This document shows positions 1 to 10,250 of a DNA stretch of 64,000 bases, in pieces. A model generated the notes under the pieces. The model worked only from the letters and a program-made list of their open reading frames with translations, did no database searches and was not told the DNA's origin. The position numbers and the translations under genes were made by a program. The number at the start of each line of letters is the position of its first letter. Position 1 is the stretch's first letter. Source of the DNA: an uncultured Oscillospiraceae bacterium (GTDB lineage Bacteria > Bacillota > Clostridia > Oscillospirales > Oscillospiraceae); assembly GCA_944387075.1 (NCBI GenBank), contig CALXDO010000027.1, forward strand, positions 15,064-79,063, in the 5' to 3' direction.

Positions 1-549
1 GAAGACGATGCTGCCCTCATCGCCACCAGTGAGCTTTTGTCCCTCAAGCCCGTCATCTATGCCGCCAACCTGGACGAGGAGGGCTTCTCCCATCCCAACG
101 AGGTGGCCTACTATCAGCAGGTATCGGAGCGGACCGCCCAGGAAGGCGCCCAGTGCATCCCCGTGTGCGCCCAGCTGGAGGCGGAGATCGCTCAGCTGGA
201 CGGGGAGGAAAAGGCCATGTTCCTGGAGGACCTGGGCATTGCCCAGTCCGGCCTGGATCGTCTGGTGAACGCCAGCTATACCTTGCTAGGCCTTATCTCC
301 TTCCTCACCGCCGGGGAGGACGAGTGCCGGGCCTGGACCATCGTCAACGGCACCAAGGCTCCCCAGGCCGCGGGTAAAATCCACTCGGACTTTGAGCGGG
401 GCTTTATTCGGGCTGAGACCGTGGCCTTTGAGGATTTGAAAGCCTGTGGCTCCATGGCTGCAGCCCGGGAAAAGGGCCTGATCCGCTCCGAGGGAAAGGA
501 CTATGTGGTCAAGGACGGGGACATCATCCTCTTCCGCTTCAACGTATGA
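1..549 (+). CDS. ychF: Redox-regulated ATPase YchF (5' partial)
   Basis: Frame open from base 1; C-terminal motifs ECRAWTI, APQAAGKIHSDFERGFIRAE, EGKDYVVKDGDIILFRFNV. Confidence 0.97.
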   Translation, partial: EDDAALIATSELLSLKPVIYAANLDEEGFSHPNEVAYYQQVSERTAQEGAQCIPVCAQLEAEIAQLDGEEKAMFLEDLGIAQSGLDRLVNASYTLLGLISFLTAGEDECRAWTIVNGTKAPQAAGKIHSDFERGFIRAETVAFEDLKACGSMAAAREKGLIRSEGKDYVVKDGDIILFRFNV

Positions 550-629
550 GCATCGCAGGAGGGAACACCCTGTGTTCCCTCCTGCTGTTTTCAAAGATAA
601 AAGCCAAACAAAGAGAAGGAGAGTAGTAG

Positions 630-1952
630 ATGAACCAACATCCATCCGACATCGTATTCCAGTGGAAGGGCATCCCACCAAAAAGGCAGCTGATTCCCTT
701 GGGGTTGCAGCATGTGGTGGCTGCTGTGGTGGGCATCATCACCCCAGCCATTCTCATTTCCAACACCTGCGGCTTGACAGAGGACCAGAAGACCCTGATG
801 ATTCAGGTCTCCCTCATTCTCACTGCTCTGGCCACCCTGCTGCAGTTGTTCCCCATCTTTGGGCGCATCGGGGCCGGTCTGCCTGTCATCATGGGCATCA
901 GCTTCGCCTACATCCCCACCCTCCAGGCCATCGGCGCGGAATTTGGCATTGCCACCATCCTGGGCTCCCAGATCATCGGCGGCTGTGTCGCCATTGTCTT
1001 TGGTCTTTTCGTGAAGTGGATTCGCCCTCTGTTCCCCCCTCTGGTCACCGGTACCGTGATTTTCACCATTGGCCTCTCCCTCTACCCCACCGCCATCAAG
1101 TATATGGCCGGCGGGGCCGGTACTCCCAACTTCGGCACCCCCAAGTGCTGGCTGGTGGCCATGGTCACCCTGATTGTGGTCATTGCTCTGACCAACTTCA
1201 CCCGGGGCATCACCAAACTGGGTGCCATTCTCATCGGTATGATTGTGGGCTATGTGATCTCCATTCCCCTGGGGCTGGTGGACTTCTCCAGCGTGGGCTC
1301 CGCCCAGTGGTTTGCCCTGCCCCAGTTCATGCCTTTTGAGATTCAGTTTGTCCCCTCCGCGGCAGTGTCTCTGAGCATTGTGTATGTGGTCAACGCCGTG
1401 CAGACCATCGGCGATTTGAGCTCCACCACCATGGGCGGCATGGACCGCATGCCCACCGACAAGGAACTGTCCGGCGGCATCATGGGCCAGGGCATCATCA
1501 GCATTTTGGGTGCTTTCTTCGGCGGTCTGCCCACCGCCACCTACAGCCAGAACGTGGGCATTGTCACCGTCAACCGGGTCATCAACCGCTCCGTGTTTGC
1601 CCTGGCCTCCGGAATTTTGCTGGTGGCTGGCCTGGTGCCCAAGTTCTCCTCTCTGCTGACCACCATCCCTCAGAGCGTCATCGGCGGCGCCACCATCTCG
1701 GTGTTTGCCACCATCACCATGACCGGCATCCGTATGATTGCCGAAGGCGGTTTCACCCCCCGGAAGAGCGCAGTCATGGGCCTGTCGGTGGCCCTGGGCG
1801 CCGGCATCACCCAGGTGTCTGGTTCTCTGTCCGGTGCCGGCTTCCCCAGCTGGGTAAACACCGTGTTTGGCTCCTCCTCCGTGGTGGTGGCCACCATCGT
1901 GGCCATTGTTCTCAACCTGGTGCTGCCCAAGGAAGAAAGTATGAAGAAGTAA
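630..1952 (+). CDS. NCS2 family xanthine/uracil permease
   Basis: LGLQH motif, YSQNVG signature, many hydrophobic segments; AGGAG RBS. Confidence 0.93.
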   Translation: MNQHPSDIVFQWKGIPPKRQLIPLGLQHVVAAVVGIITPAILISNTCGLTEDQKTLMIQVSLILTALATLLQLFPIFGRIGAGLPVIMGISFAYIPTLQAIGAEFGIATILGSQIIGGCVAIVFGLFVKWIRPLFPPLVTGTVIFTIGLSLYPTAIKYMAGGAGTPNFGTPKCWLVAMVTLIVVIALTNFTRGITKLGAILIGMIVGYVISIPLGLVDFSSVGSAQWFALPQFMPFEIQFVPSAAVSLSIVYVVNAVQTIGDLSSTTMGGMDRMPTDKELSGGIMGQGIISILGAFFGGLPTATYSQNVGIVTVNRVINRSVFALASGILLVAGLVPKFSSLLTTIPQSVIGGATISVFATITMTGIRMIAEGGFTPRKSAVMGLSVALGAGITQVSGSLSGAGFPSWVNTVFGSSSVVVATIVAIVLNLVLPKEESMKK

Positions 1953-1959
1953 AAATTTT

Positions 1960-1983
1960 GCCGCCCAGCTGATGCTGGGCGGC
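1960..1983. terminator. Bidirectional hairpin terminator between permease and dut
   Basis: gccgcccagc-tgat-gctgggcggc between convergent genes. Confidence 0.7.
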
Positions 1984-1991
1984 ACGTTTCT

Positions 1992-2435
1992 TTATTTACT
2001 TCCCGTGGAGCCAAAGCCGCCCTCTCCCCGGACAGTGTCGTCCAGATGCTCCTGCTGGACAAACTGGGCGGTGAGATAGGGGGTAATCACCAGCTGGGCG
2101 ATGCGGTCGCCGTACTCCACGGTGCGGGATTCCGAGCCGTGGTTGTGCAACGCCACCATCAGCTCCCCCCGGTAGTCGGCATCAATGACCCCCACCTTGT
2201 TGGCGGGTGCAAGCCCCTGCTTGGTGGCAAGTCCGGAGCGGGCATACACCAGCCCCACAAACCCCTGGGGGATCGCCAGAGCCAGCCCCGTGTGGACGAG
2301 CACCGTTTCGCCTGGGGCAACCGTGACGGTACTGTCCGTGACGGCGTACAGGTCCGCCCCGGCGGCGTCCGCACTGCCGTAGGTGGGCATTTTGGCCCGA
2401 GGGTCTAAGAGTTTCACTGCAACCAATTGTGTCAT
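1992..2435 (-). CDS. dut: dUTP diphosphatase (trimeric)
   Basis: AGADL, ARSGLA, GVIDADYRGE, RIAQLV, RGEGGFGSTG motifs. Confidence 0.97.
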   Translation of the reverse strand: MTQLVAVKLLDPRAKMPTYGSADAAGADLYAVTDSTVTVAPGETVLVHTGLALAIPQGFVGLVYARSGLATKQGLAPANKVGVIDADYRGELMVALHNHGSESRTVEYGDRIAQLVITPYLTAQFVQQEHLDDTVRGEGGFGSTGSK

Positions 2436-2501
2436 AGATGGATTCCTCCGAATATGAAAAATATTGTTTATACCCCGGCAGCTTCGCTGCCGGGGTATCT
2501 T

Positions 2502-3050
2502 TCACTTTTGTATGGGCTGGATGGTGTGCTCGCCCTTCCACTCCACTACCTGGTGGGCCTTCAGGCTGGCAGGCACATCAATGATGCGCTGGTTGGCAGA
2601 GCCGCGGAAGCGTAGGTTCAAATCCTTCAGCGCCTCCACAAATCGGCCATCCACCAGCACGTCCAAAAGAGAGAGCATTTCGTCGGTGTGGGCACACCGG
2701 GCGCGGCTTTCCTGCCACAACTCCCCGTCCAGGGTGTAGCCGGAGTAGCACCAGATTTCCTTGTCCGGGTACCGCTCCTTCACCCTGTGCAAAAAGGGGA
2801 GCAGCACCGCCTGATTGGACGGTTCAAAGGGTTCGCCCCCCAGCAGGGACAGGCCCTTCATATAAGAGGGGGCCAGAGCATCCAGAATTTTGTCCTCCAC
2901 CTCAGGGGTGAAGGGCTGTCCATAGCAGAAGTCCCACGCCTCCTCATTGAAGCACCCGGGGCAGTGGTGGGTGCAGCCGGAGACAAACAGGGACACCCGC
3001 ACACCGGGGCCGTTGGCCACGTCCGCCCATTTGATGGTGGCGTAATTCAT
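2502..3050 (-). CDS. nrdG: Anaerobic ribonucleotide reductase activating protein
   Basis: NGPGVRVSLFVSGC-THH-C-PG-C radical SAM motif, LGGEP, FRGSANQRII; adjacent to nrdD. Confidence 0.96.
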   Translation of the reverse strand: MNYATIKWADVANGPGVRVSLFVSGCTHHCPGCFNEEAWDFCYGQPFTPEVEDKILDALAPSYMKGLSLLGGEPFEPSNQAVLLPFLHRVKERYPDKEIWCYSGYTLDGELWQESRARCAHTDEMLSLLDVLVDGRFVEALKDLNLRFRGSANQRIIDVPASLKAHQVVEWKGEHTIQPIQK

Positions 3051-3065
3051 GAAACTCCCTCTCGC

Positions 3066-5189
3066 TTACAGGTGGAGTACCCGGGACTTGATCTCCTTGG
3101 TCTTGCCCACATTCCAGAAGTTTTCACCCAGGTAGCCGCAGGTACGGCGGGTAACGTTCATCTTGTTGTGGTCCTTGTTGCCGCAGCTGGGACACTCCCA
3201 CTGGTTGTCCTCATTGATCTGAATTTCTCCGTCGTAGCCGCACACCTGGCAGTAGTCGCTCTTGGTATTGAACTCAGCGTACTGGATGTTGTCGTAGATG
3301 TAGCGTACCACATCCTCCAGAGCCTCCAGGTTGTGGCGCATGTTGGGCACCTCCACGTAGGAGATGGCACCGCCGGAGGAAATCTTCTGGAACTGGCTTT
3401 CAAATGCAAACTTGGAGAAGGCATCCACGTTCTCCCGTACATCCACATGGTAGGAGTTGGTGTAGTAGCCCTTGTCGGTGACGTCCTCGATGGTGCCGTA
3501 CTTCTCCTGGTCGATGCGGGCGAAGCGGTAGCACAGGCTCTCGGCGGGGGTGCCGTACAGGGCAAAGCCCAGGCCCGTCTCCTTCTTCCACCGGTCGGTG
3601 GTGGCCCGCAGGTGGCGCATCACCCGCAGTGCAAACTCCTCGCCCTCGGGGGTGGTGTGGGAGCAGCCCTTGACCAGCTTGGTCAGCTCATACAGGCCAA
3701 TGTAGCCCAGGGACAGGGTGGAATACCCGCCCTCCAGCAACTTGTCGATGGTCTCGCCCTTCTCCAGGCGGGCAATGGCACCATACTGCCAGTGGATGGG
3801 AGACACATCGGAATGGACACCCTTCAAAGCGTTGTGGCGGCACATGAGGGCCTCGTAGCAGAGCTCCAGACGGGAATCCAGCTCCGCCCAGAACTTGTCC
3901 TCGTCGCCCCCGGAGACAATGCCGATCTGGGGGAGGTTGATGGACACCACGCCCTGGTTGAAGCGCCCCTCAAACTTGTAGTTGCCGTTCTCGTCCTTCC
4001 AAGGGGAGAGGAAGGAGCGGCAGCCCATGGGAGAGAACACATTGCCCTCGTAGGTCTCCTTCATCTTCTTGGCGGAGATGTAGTCGGGGTACATCCGCTT
4101 GGCGGAACACTTCACCGCCAGCCGGGTGAGGTAGTCGTACTTGCCGCCCTTGAGGCAGTTGCACTCATCCAGCACATACACCAGCTTGGGGAATGCGGGG
4201 GTAATGTACACGCCCTTCTCATTCTTGATGCCCTCCAGACGCTGGGAGAGAATCTCCTCGATGATGGCGGCGTTCTCCTCCATGTAGGGGTCATTGTCCC
4301 GCAGCACCAGGAAGAGGGTGACAAAGGGGGACTGACCATTGGTGGTCATCAGGGTGTTGATCTGGTACTGAATGGTCTGCACGCCGCTTTTCAGCTCGTC
4401 CTTGGTGCGGGCCTTGGCAATCTTCTCCACGATCTCATCATCCAGCTCCGGGGCGGCCTCCCGGGTGCGGCGCAGATACTTCTCATAGGTCAGGCGCAGG
4501 TACTTGCCCAGGTGGCTCATCTCCACCGACTGGCCGCCGTACTGGTTGGAGGCCACACAGGCAATGATCTGGGTGACAATGGTACAGGCCACCTGGAAGC
4601 TCTTGGGAGACTCAATGAGCTTGCCGTTGATCATAGTGCCGTTGTCCAGCATGTCCCCGATGTTCACCAGACAGCAGTTGAAGATGTGCTGGACGAAGTA
4701 GTCGGCATCGTGGAAGTGGAGAATGCCCTCGTCATGCGCCTTGGAAATCTTCTCCGGCAGCAGCAGCCGGCGGGTCAAGTCCCGGCTCACCTCCCCGGCG
4801 ATGTAGTCGCGCTGGGTGGAGGCAATGGCCGTGTTCTTGTTGGAGTTCTCCTCCGCCAGGTCCTTGTTGTCGTTGCGAATCAGGGCCAGGATGGACTCGT
4901 CGGTGGTGTTGGCCTTGCGCACCAGAGCCCGGGTATAGCGATAGATGATGTAGGCCTTGGCCAGCTCATACTTGTCCGCCTCCATCAAACGCTTTTCCAC
5001 CATATCTTGTATGTCCTCCACCAGCAGACGCTGCCGTTCCTTCTCAGCCACAGAGTCTGCAATGGCTTCAATGGAGGGATCGTCCAGCCGGTAAGGCTCT
5101 TCTACCGCCAGATTGGCCTTCTGAATGGCCACCACAATTTTAGATCGGTCAAAGTCCACCGTTGATCCGTCTCGCTTAATTACTTTCAT
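3066..5189 (-). CDS. nrdD: Anaerobic (class III) ribonucleoside-triphosphate reductase with ATP cone
   Basis: VIKRDG ATP cone, NCC, MGCRS, YYTNSYH, CxxC...CxxC and RTCGYL glycyl radical motif. Confidence 0.97.
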   Translation of the reverse strand: MKVIKRDGSTVDFDRSKIVVAIQKANLAVEEPYRLDDPSIEAIADSVAEKERQRLLVEDIQDMVEKRLMEADKYELAKAYIIYRYTRALVRKANTTDESILALIRNDNKDLAEENSNKNTAIASTQRDYIAGEVSRDLTRRLLLPEKISKAHDEGILHFHDADYFVQHIFNCCLVNIGDMLDNGTMINGKLIESPKSFQVACTIVTQIIACVASNQYGGQSVEMSHLGKYLRLTYEKYLRRTREAAPELDDEIVEKIAKARTKDELKSGVQTIQYQINTLMTTNGQSPFVTLFLVLRDNDPYMEENAAIIEEILSQRLEGIKNEKGVYITPAFPKLVYVLDECNCLKGGKYDYLTRLAVKCSAKRMYPDYISAKKMKETYEGNVFSPMGCRSFLSPWKDENGNYKFEGRFNQGVVSINLPQIGIVSGGDEDKFWAELDSRLELCYEALMCRHNALKGVHSDVSPIHWQYGAIARLEKGETIDKLLEGGYSTLSLGYIGLYELTKLVKGCSHTTPEGEEFALRVMRHLRATTDRWKKETGLGFALYGTPAESLCYRFARIDQEKYGTIEDVTDKGYYTNSYHVDVRENVDAFSKFAFESQFQKISSGGAISYVEVPNMRHNLEALEDVVRYIYDNIQYAEFNTKSDYCQVCGYDGEIQINEDNQWECPSCGNKDHNKMNVTRRTCGYLGENFWNVGKTKEIKSRVLHL

Positions 5190-5345
5190 AGTCTCGCCCT
5201 TCCTCCCGTTATTTTTATCCTAAGCGGGACAAAGCGGCGGTCGCTCCCAGTGGAACAACACACCGTCGTCATCGCATGCTATGGAATTGAGTGGGCACAC
5301 ACCCTAAAGTTTTTTCACATTCCGCTAGGGGTGTTGCGCTTAGAC

Positions 5346-5374
5346 AGCATACCATATCTTGTGGCTGTTGTAAA
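5346..5374 (-). promoter_or_regulatory. SigA promoter of nrdD with overlapping NrdR-box-like site
   Basis: Minus strand TTTACA-17 bp-TATGCT with extended TG; CCACAAGATATGGTAT (5349-5364) resembles NrdR consensus acaCwAtATaTwGtgt. Confidence 0.65.
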
Positions 5375-5523
5375 GAGTTGCTTTTCTTTTTTCGAAATAT
5401 TGTGTACTTCAACATTTCCCTCCGATTCCTGTTCTTGGGACCCAGTGGTCACGGTTGACATAGAATGGACTGCACCCTGGTGGTTTCCCTCGGAAAACCA
5501 CACGTCTGAAAGGAGCGAATGAT

Positions 5524-6426
5524 ATGAATCAATCCACTTGGAACCCCCAAAGCTGGGGCAGCCTGACGGCGGAAGAATTCGCCGCCCAGCAGTGTTCCGG
5601 CTGTGCCCAAAGCAGCGGCCAAGGCGGCTGCACCTGCCAGAATTCCTGCACCTGCAACAACTGCTCCAACCCCTGCCCCAATCCCTGCACCTGTCCGCCC
5701 CCCCAGATGATCTGCTGCTGCCAGCCTGTCCCCACCCCCTGTCCGCCAGTGGTGGATGTGGAGGAGGGCTGCTGCTGCAAACAGAGCTTCCGGGCCGCCC
5801 TCCAGCTGCTGTGCAACAGCCAGCTGGCCACCCTGCTAGACTTCAATCAGGCCGCCTTTATCACCGACACCTATGTGGCCGGTACCACCGTCAACACCAC
5901 CCCGTCCAGCACCACCCCCTCGGATAACCTCAATACCCTCTCCGGCTCCTTCCGCCGCTTCTCCCCCTGCAACTGCGACTTGTTGGAGATTTCCGCTCTG
6001 GTCAACACGCCCCCGGAGACCAGCACCGGTGTCACCGCCACCCAAGTGCCCCTGTGCCAGCTCACTGCTGTGGTGCTCCAGACCGCCACCGGCACCGCCT
6101 CCGGAGATACCACCGCCGAACAGGCCACGGCCAACAACTTCCAAACCATTGAACGCATCCTGTCTCAGTGCCTGACCCCCTGCGCCAACCAGTGTACCAC
6201 CTGCTGCTGCCCCTGCAACTGCACCGATGACTGCTGCTGCGCAGCCGGGCTGCTGTCCACCCTGTCTCAGAGCAACCTCAGCCGCAAGGTCACCATTGTG
6301 GCCGGGCCATTGGTCCTTCAAGGCGTCACCCTGTTGGGCACGGTGGGAAATGTGCTGGTGCTGTCCAACTCCACCAACAACCGTATTTACTTCGTGTGCG
6401 TCAACCAAATTCAGTTTTTGGCATAA
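5524..6426 (+). CDS. Cysteine-rich protein, probable spore coat/exosporium protein
   Basis: Many CxC/CCC clusters; AAGGAG RBS; SigK-like ACC-16-CATAGAAT upstream (5440-5466); own terminator at 6452-6480. Confidence 0.6.
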   Translation: MNQSTWNPQSWGSLTAEEFAAQQCSGCAQSSGQGGCTCQNSCTCNNCSNPCPNPCTCPPPQMICCCQPVPTPCPPVVDVEEGCCCKQSFRAALQLLCNSQLATLLDFNQAAFITDTYVAGTTVNTTPSSTTPSDNLNTLSGSFRRFSPCNCDLLEISALVNTPPETSTGVTATQVPLCQLTAVVLQTATGTASGDTTAEQATANNFQTIERILSQCLTPCANQCTTCCCPCNCTDDCCCAAGLLSTLSQSNLSRKVTIVAGPLVLQGVTLLGTVGNVLVLSNSTNNRIYFVCVNQIQFLA

Positions 6427-6591
6427 CTGATTATATCTTAATTGCACACCCACAAGAGGGGCTTTCCCAGCCCCTCTTGTTAGCCTTGTGAAACTTTTCA
6501 CCATTTTTCCATTCCTGCATTTACAAGTGGTGTTTTTTGATGTATTCTATGGATGACAATGCACCGATGACAGAAGGAGGAACTGTACAAC

Positions 6592-8115
6592 ATGAGAGGT
6601 GTAGAAACCCGTATTCAGGAAATTCGCCACCGCATTTTCCGCGAGGTGGCCCGCATGGCCTACCACACCGAGTGGCCGGTGGACAAGCGCATTGAGGAAC
6701 TGCCCTACAAGATCATCCCCGGTGAGGTGGGCAGCTACCGCAACGACGTATTTCTGGAGCGCGCCATTGTGGGCGAGCGTCTGCGTCTGGCCATGGGCCT
6801 GCCCTGCCGCAGTGCCGCTGAGCACGCCCCCCTGTCCGACAACATTGAGTCTGCCACTAAGGACGAGACCTACTATACCCCCCCGCTGATTAACATCATC
6901 AAGTTTGCCTGCAACGGCTGTGCGGAAAAGCGGGTGTTCGTTACCGACGGCTGCCAGGGCTGTCTGGCCCACCCCTGTGTGGAGGTGTGCCCCAAGGATG
7001 CCATCACCCTGGACCGCTTCAATGGCCGCTCTGTCATTGACCAGGACAAGTGCATCAAGTGCGGCCGCTGCGCCGACGTGTGCGAGTACAAGGCCATCAT
7101 CGTTCAAGAGCGTCCCTGCGCCAAGGCCTGCGGCATGGATGCCATTCACACCGATGCCAACGGCAAGGCCAACATTGACTACGACAAGTGTGTCTCCTGC
7201 GGCATGTGTCTGGTCAACTGCCCCTTCGGCGCCATTGCCGACAAGTCCCAGATCTTCCAGGTTATCCGTGCCATCCAATCCGGCGAGCGGGTGTACGCCG
7301 CTGTGGCCCCCGCCTTTGTGGGTCAGTTCGGCCCCAAGGTCACCCCGGGTAAGCTGCGCGCTGCCATGAAGGCCCTGGGCTTTGCCGACGTGTTCGAGGT
7401 AGCCATTGGCGCGGACCTGTGCGCCGTGCAGGAGGCCGAGGACTTTGTCAACGAAGTGCCGGAGAAGCTGCCCTTCATGGCCACCTCCTGCTGCCCCGCC
7501 TGGTCTGTGATGGCCAAGAAGCTCTTCCCCCAGCACGCTGAGAGCGTGTCCATGGCTCTGACCCCCATGGTGCTCACTGCCCGCCTCATCAAGGAGCAGC
7601 AGCCCGAGGGCAAGGTGGTCTTCATTGGCCCCTGCGCCGCCAAGAAGCTGGAGGCCATGCGCAAGAGCGTACGCAGCGAGGTGGACTTTGTGCTGACCTA
7701 CGAGGAGATGTCCGGTATCTTCGACGCCAAGCACCTGGACCTGGAATCCATGGAAGAGGACCCCAACGGCGTCAACGATGCCTCCACCGACGGACGCAAC
7801 TTCGCCGTGGCCGGTGGCGTGGCCAAGGCTGTGGCCGACGTCATCGCCGAGCGCTACCCCGACCGTGAGGTGAAAGTGGCCAGTGCCGACGGCCTGCGGG
7901 AGTGCCGCAAGCTGATGACCATGGCCGCTGCCGGCAAGTATAACGGCTATCTGCTGGAGGGCATGGCCTGTCCCGGCGGCTGCGTGGCCGGTGCCGGCAC
8001 CATGCAGCCGGTGAAGAAGTCCCAGGCTGTGGTGGGTCTGTACGCCAAGCAAGCTGGACACACCGTGGCCACCGGCACCAAGCACGTCAAGGAGCTGGAC
8101 AAGCTGGTGGACTGA
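6592..8115 (+). CDS. Monomeric [FeFe] hydrogenase with N-terminal 4Fe-4S domains (group B-like)
   Basis: H-cluster motifs TSCCPAW, GPCAAKKLE, EGMACPGGCVAGAG; ferredoxin CxxCxxCxxxC repeats. Confidence 0.92.
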   Translation: MRGVETRIQEIRHRIFREVARMAYHTEWPVDKRIEELPYKIIPGEVGSYRNDVFLERAIVGERLRLAMGLPCRSAAEHAPLSDNIESATKDETYYTPPLINIIKFACNGCAEKRVFVTDGCQGCLAHPCVEVCPKDAITLDRFNGRSVIDQDKCIKCGRCADVCEYKAIIVQERPCAKACGMDAIHTDANGKANIDYDKCVSCGMCLVNCPFGAIADKSQIFQVIRAIQSGERVYAAVAPAFVGQFGPKVTPGKLRAAMKALGFADVFEVAIGADLCAVQEAEDFVNEVPEKLPFMATSCCPAWSVMAKKLFPQHAESVSMALTPMVLTARLIKEQQPEGKVVFIGPCAAKKLEAMRKSVRSEVDFVLTYEEMSGIFDAKHLDLESMEEDPNGVNDASTDGRNFAVAGGVAKAVADVIAERYPDREVKVASADGLRECRKLMTMAAAGKYNGYLLEGMACPGGCVAGAGTMQPVKKSQAVVGLYAKQAGHTVATGTKHVKELDKLVD

Positions 8116-8258
8116 TTTCCACAAAGCTACATAGAGCGAGCCCGTTGCACGCATTCGTGCAGCGGGCTCGTTTTTATCTAATGAAAACCCCCGGCTGTGC
8201 CGAGGGTTTTCATTAGATAAAAAGGTGGAAGAACCTTGGTATGGCTCTTCCACCTTCT

Positions 8259-8813
8259 TTATTTTGCGTATTGGCTGCGCCCGATTTTGAAGAGATCATT
8301 GCCCTGGCTGTCCACCGCCACGGTGAGAGGAAGATTTTCCACCTCCATGCGCTTCACCGACTCACACCCCAGTTCATCAAAGGCGATGACCTGGGCGGAC
8401 TTGATGCACTTGGCGATGAGGGCTCCTGCTCCGCCCACAGCGGCAAAGTAACAGGCCCCGTTGCGTACAATGGCGTCCACCACGCTCTGGGATCGCTCTC
8501 CCTTGCCAATCATGGCCGTCAGCCCCAGATCCAACAGCCGGGGGGCGAACCCGTCCATCCGCCCGGCGGTGGTGGGGCCACAGGCTCCCACCGCCATGCC
8601 CTGCTGGCCCGGGGTAGGGCCGGCGTAGTAGATCACCGCACCGTGCAGTTCAAAGGGCAAGGGTTTCCCCTCGTCCAGCAGCTGAAAGATGCGCTTGTGG
8701 GCCGCATCCCGGGCCGTGTAAATGGTCCCCGTCAAAAGTACTCGGTCTCCCGCCTTCAACTCGCCCACCGCCTGGGGCAGCTGCTGGGTCGTCAATTTCT
8801 TCGCCTCACTCAT
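8259..8813 (-). CDS. Fe-S fumarate hydratase beta subunit (FumA C-terminal/TtdB family)
   Basis: TARDAAHKR, GPTTAGRM, MIGKG, AVGGAGAL; start MSEAKK with RBS. Confidence 0.9.
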   Translation of the reverse strand: MSEAKKLTTQQLPQAVGELKAGDRVLLTGTIYTARDAAHKRIFQLLDEGKPLPFELHGAVIYYAGPTPGQQGMAVGACGPTTAGRMDGFAPRLLDLGLTAMIGKGERSQSVVDAIVRNGACYFAAVGGAGALIAKCIKSAQVIAFDELGCESVKRMEVENLPLTVAVDSQGNDLFKIGRSQYAK

Positions 8814-9474
8814 GGCTCTCCTCCTGCTTGTCCTGGGTTTCTTCCCCCTGCTGGCCCTGCTCCTGGAGCTTCTGGGCTGCTTCATCGGCCTGGTCAAACC
8901 GCACACCCATCTCCCCCAGTTCCCGCATGTGCTGGAACAGCCGGTCCATCTCGCTGCGCAGCGTGCCGTACCCAGCCAGTACCTGCTCCAACCATTGCCG
9001 GGTATCGGTTTGAATTTTCTCCGCCTTGGACTTGGCATCTTCGATGGTTTCCTGGGCCTTGTGGTGGGCGTCCAACTCCACTGTGGCCACATAGTCCTTG
9101 AGTTTATCGTACTTCTGGGCCATGGGTTCCATCTCATCCACCTGACCATGGAGACGGTTGAGCTCCAGTCGGGCCGCGGCCAGCTTGGTCTCCGTCTGAC
9201 TCAATTCTCCCCGCAGACGGGCCAACGTTCGGGTGGACTCCTCCAGCGAAGCCCGCACCTTAGACTCCTCGGCAGAGACGTTGCCGTGGGCCTGACGCAA
9301 GCCCTCCATCTCCTCCTCCAGCTTCTTCTCCCGGGCCTTGGACTGCTTGAGCTGCTCCTCCAACTCGGCCACTTGGCTGCGATGCTGGGCCACCAGCCTA
9401 TCCATGTAACGGAGCACATCTCCCCGATTAAATCCCGCCAGAGAGGTGCGAAATTTTTCGATTACGGGTTCCAT
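8806..9474 (-). CDS. Coiled-coil protein with DivIVA-like N-terminal motif
   Basis: FRTSLAGFNRGDVLRYMDRL followed by long heptad-rich helix. Confidence 0.6.
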   Translation of the reverse strand: MEPVIEKFRTSLAGFNRGDVLRYMDRLVAQHRSQVAELEEQLKQSKAREKKLEEEMEGLRQAHGNVSAEESKVRASLEESTRTLARLRGELSQTETKLAAARLELNRLHGQVDEMEPMAQKYDKLKDYVATVELDAHHKAQETIEDAKSKAEKIQTDTRQWLEQVLAGYGTLRSEMDRLFQHMRELGEMGVRFDQADEAAQKLQEQGQQGEETQDKQEESHE

Positions 9475-9680
9475 CGCGGTTCCCCTTTCCCCAAAATTAG
9501 CTGGTTCCCCATTTTTCAGGGTTCCAGTCCTTCTTTGGGGACATTTTACCACATCGTCACACCTGTGACAATGTTTTTCTCCCCATCCCCCCCTCCCCTG
9601 TTGTATTTTCTCCCCAATTACGATATAATGGGCCAGAGTTTCTCAATATCCAACACCGAATGGTATAAGGAGTGCCCTGT

Positions 9681-10211
9681 ATGAGTAATATTTGGCATGA
9701 TATGAACCCCAAACGCATCTCTCCCGAGGACTTCATTGCCGTCATTGAAATTCCCCAGGGGAGCAAGAAGAAATACGAGTTGGATAAATCTACCGGCATG
9801 ATTATCCTGGACCGCATCCTCCATACCTCCACCCACTACCCCGCCAACTATGGCTTTATCCCCCGCACCTACGGCGATGACGGAGACCCCCTGGACGTGC
9901 TGGTGCTGTGCTCGGAGGACTTGGACCCCATGACTCTGGTGCGCTGCTATCCCATCGGCTATATCTCCATGCTGGATGGTGGAAAGCGAGACGAGAAAAT
10001 CGTGGCCATTCCCTTCAACGATCCCACCTACAACACCACCAAGGACCTGTGCGACCTGCCCGCCCATAAATTTGATGAGATGTCCCACTTTTTCTCGGTG
10101 TACAAGGCCCTGGAGGGGAAGGAGACTGTGGCCGGCGAGGTAAACAACCGCGCCGCCGCCGTCCAAATCATTGCCGAGGCCATCGCCAATTACCGAGACA
10201 CATTTTGCTGA
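9681..10211 (+). CDS. ppa: Inorganic pyrophosphatase (family I)
   Basis: IEIP..KKKYE, YPANYGFIP, DGDPLDV, DEK motifs. Confidence 0.95.
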   Translation: MSNIWHDMNPKRISPEDFIAVIEIPQGSKKKYELDKSTGMIILDRILHTSTHYPANYGFIPRTYGDDGDPLDVLVLCSEDLDPMTLVRCYPIGYISMLDGGKRDEKIVAIPFNDPTYNTTKDLCDLPAHKFDEMSHFFSVYKALEGKETVAGEVNNRAAAVQIIAEAIANYRDTFC

Positions 10212-10250
10212 TTACCACATACCATAATAGAGAAGAGGGAGAACAATTTC

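Noticed and set aside
2688-5165. 825 aa plus-strand ORF and similar long antisense ORFs (6547-8253, 18244-20001, 47427-49904, 49754-51334)
   Set aside because: Shadow frames opposite well-supported genes, expected from high-GC codon bias; no motifs or RBS
1992-5189. dut, nrdG and nrdD as phage auxiliary genes
   Set aside because: Host-like context with an NrdR-type promoter, 30 kb from the phage module
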